Assembly (NCBI RefSeq): GCF_036365525.1
Contig: NC_090378.1
Location: forward strand, 122,993,593-123,057,592
Direction of reading: 5' to 3'
Source of the DNA: Heterodontus francisci
Lineage: Eukaryota
DNA: 64,000 bases
The position numbers and the translations under genes are program-made. A model generated the notes under the pieces. It worked only from the letters and a program-made list of their open reading frames with translations, was not told the DNA's origin and made no database searches. Below, piece by piece: positions 61,385-64,000 of this stretch; within the stretch, counting starts at the first letter, position 1; every line of letters starts with the position of its first letter.

Positions 61385-64000
61385 ATAATAATGGATACAC
61401 ATTACCACTTCCTGTACTGACACATCCCACAGTTATATATAATATATAATAATGGACACATATTCCCACCTCCTGTACTGAAACATCCCACAGTTATATA
61501 TAATATATAATAATGGATACACATTCCCACTTCCTGTACTGACACATCCCACAGTTATATATAATATATAATAATGGATACACATTCCCACTTCCTGTAC
61601 TGACACATCCCACAGTTATATATAATATATAATAATGGACACACATTCCCACCTCCTGTACTGAAACATCCCACAGTTATATATAATATATTATAATGGA
61701 TACACATTCCCACTTCCTGTACTGACACATCCCACAGTTATATATAATATATAATAATGGATACACCTTCCCACTTCCTGTACTGACACATCCCACAGTT
61801 ATATATAATATATAATAATGGACACACATTCCCACATCCTGTACTGAAACATCCCACAGTTATATATAATATATAATAATGGATACACATTCCCACTTCC
61901 TGTACTGACACATCCCACAGTTATATATAATATATAATAATGGATACACATTCCCACTTCCTGTACTGACACATCCCACAGTTATATATAATATATAATA
62001 ATGGACACACATTCCAACCTCCTGTACTGAAACATCCCACAGTTATATATAATATATAATAATGGATACACATTCCCACTTCCTGTACTGACACATCCCA
62101 CAGTTATATATAATATATAATAATGGACACACATTCCCACCTCCTGTACTGAAACATCCCACAGTTATATATAATATATAATAATGGATACACATTCCCA
62201 CTTCCAGTACTGACACATCCCACAGTTATATATAATATATAATGATGGATACACATTCCCACTTCCTGTACTGACACATCCCACAGTTATATATAATATA
62301 TAATAATGGATACACATTCCCACTTCCTGTACTGACACATCCCACAGTTATATATAATATATAATAATGGATACACATTCCCACTTCCTGTACTGACACA
62401 TCCCACAGTTATATATAATATATAATAATGGACACACATTCCCACCTCCTGTACTGACACATCCCACAGTTATATATAATATATAATAATGGACACACAT
62501 TCCCACCTCCTGTACTGAAACATCCCACAGTTATATAAAATATATAATAATGGATACACATTCCCACCTCCTGTACTGACACATCCCACAGTTAAATATA
62601 ATATATAATAATGGATACACATTCCCACTTCCTGTACTGACACATCCCACAGTTATATATAATATATAATAATGGACACACATTCCCACCTCCTGTACTG
62701 AAACATCCCAGTTATATATAATATATAATAATGGATACACATTCCCACTTCCTGTACTGACACATCCCACAGTTATATATAATATATAATAATGGATACA
62801 CATTCCCACTTCCTGTACTGACACATCCGACAGTTATATATAATATATAATAATGGATACACATTCCCACTTCCTGTACTGACACGTCCCACAGTTATAT
62901 ATAGTATATAATAATGGATACACATTCCCACCTCCTGTACTGACACATCCCACAGTTATATATAATATATAATAATGGATACACATTCCCACATCCTGTA
63001 CTGACATGTCCCACAGTTATATATAATATATAATAATGGATACACATTCCCACTTCCTGTACTGACACATCCCACAGTTATATATAAGATATAATAATGG
63101 ATACACATTCCCACTTCCTGTACTGACACATCCCACAGTTATATATAATATATAATAATGGACACACATTCCCACCTCCTGTACTGAAACATCCCACAGT
63201 TATATATAATATATAATAATGGATACACATTCCCACTTCCTGTACTGACACATCCCACAGTTATATATAATATATAATAATGGACACATATTCCCACCTC
63301 CTGTACTGAAACATCCCACAGTTATATATAATATATAATAATGGATACACATTCCCACTTCCTGTACTGACACATCCCACAGTTATATATAATATATAAT
63401 AATGGATACACATTCCCACTTCCTGTACTGACACATCCCACAGTTATATATAATATATAATAATGGACACACATTCCCACCTCCTGTACTGAAACATCCC
63501 ACAGTTATATATAATATATAATAATGGAAACACATTCCCACTTCCTGTACTGACACATCCCACAGTTATATATAATATATAATAATGGATACACATTCCC
63601 ACTTCCTGTACTGACACATCCCACAGTTATATATAATATATAATAATGGACACACATTCCCACCTCCTGTACTGAAACATCCCACAGTTATATATAATAT
63701 ATAATAATGGATACACATTCCCACTTCCTGTACTGACACATCCCACAGTTAAATATAATATATAATAATGGATACACATTCCCACTTCCTGTACTGACAC
63801 ATCCCACAGTTATATATAATATATAATAATGGACACACATTCCCACCTCCTGTACTGAAACATCCCACAGTTATATATAATATATAATAATGGATACACA
63901 TTCCCACTTCCTGTACTGACACATCCCACAGTTATATATAATATATAATAATGGATACACATTCCCACTTCCTGTACTGACACATCCCACAGTTATATAT
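61385..64000. repeat. 61-bp satellite, right domain continued
   Basis: Resumes at ATAATAATGGATACACATTACCAC, exactly completing the interrupted monomer, and runs off the window edge. Confidence 0.99.

Noticed and set aside
38-62824. Over 100 minus-strand ORFs rich in C/Y/I/V/G (MSVQEVGMCIHYYILYITVG...)
   Set aside because: They are translations of the satellite. The minus-strand consensus has one stop (TAA) per monomer, so each frame stays open about 183 bp, and longer where a variant removes the stop. The same peptide appears in all three frames and there is no gene structure.
1-64000. CRISPR-like regular periodicity
   Set aside because: There are no unique spacers, the whole 61-bp unit repeats, no cas genes are present, and a eukaryotic LINE is embedded.
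1-64000. TATATAA in most monomers as real promoters; telomeric repeats; G-quadruplex array
   Set aside because: TATA-like text is expected in an AT tract and has no supporting elements. There are no TTAGGG arrays. The minus strand has only two GGG runs per 61 bp, too widely spaced for canonical G4.

Overview
Eukaryotic (probably animal) heterochromatin-like DNA. About 98% of the window is one head-to-tail 61-bp satellite, roughly 1,025 monomers in a single orientation, with consensus CCCACAGTTATATATAATATATAATAATGGATACACATTCCCACTTCCTGTACTGACACAT. It has two domains: a variant-rich left domain (1 to ~16.67 kb) and a homogeneous right domain (~16.67-64 kb) with dimer/trimer alternation and nested kb-scale duplications. 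The only non-satellite DNA is two young, 5'-truncated copies of one RTE-clade-like LINE (15129-16074 and 60948-61384; 427/429 identical over the shared part). Both are on the + strand and both have their 3' junction at the same position of the monomer, just before ATAATAATGG, although they appear to be independent insertions. This suggests a phase-specific, possibly satellite-targeting retrotransposon. No host genes are supported; the many minus-strand ORFs are translations of the satellite.
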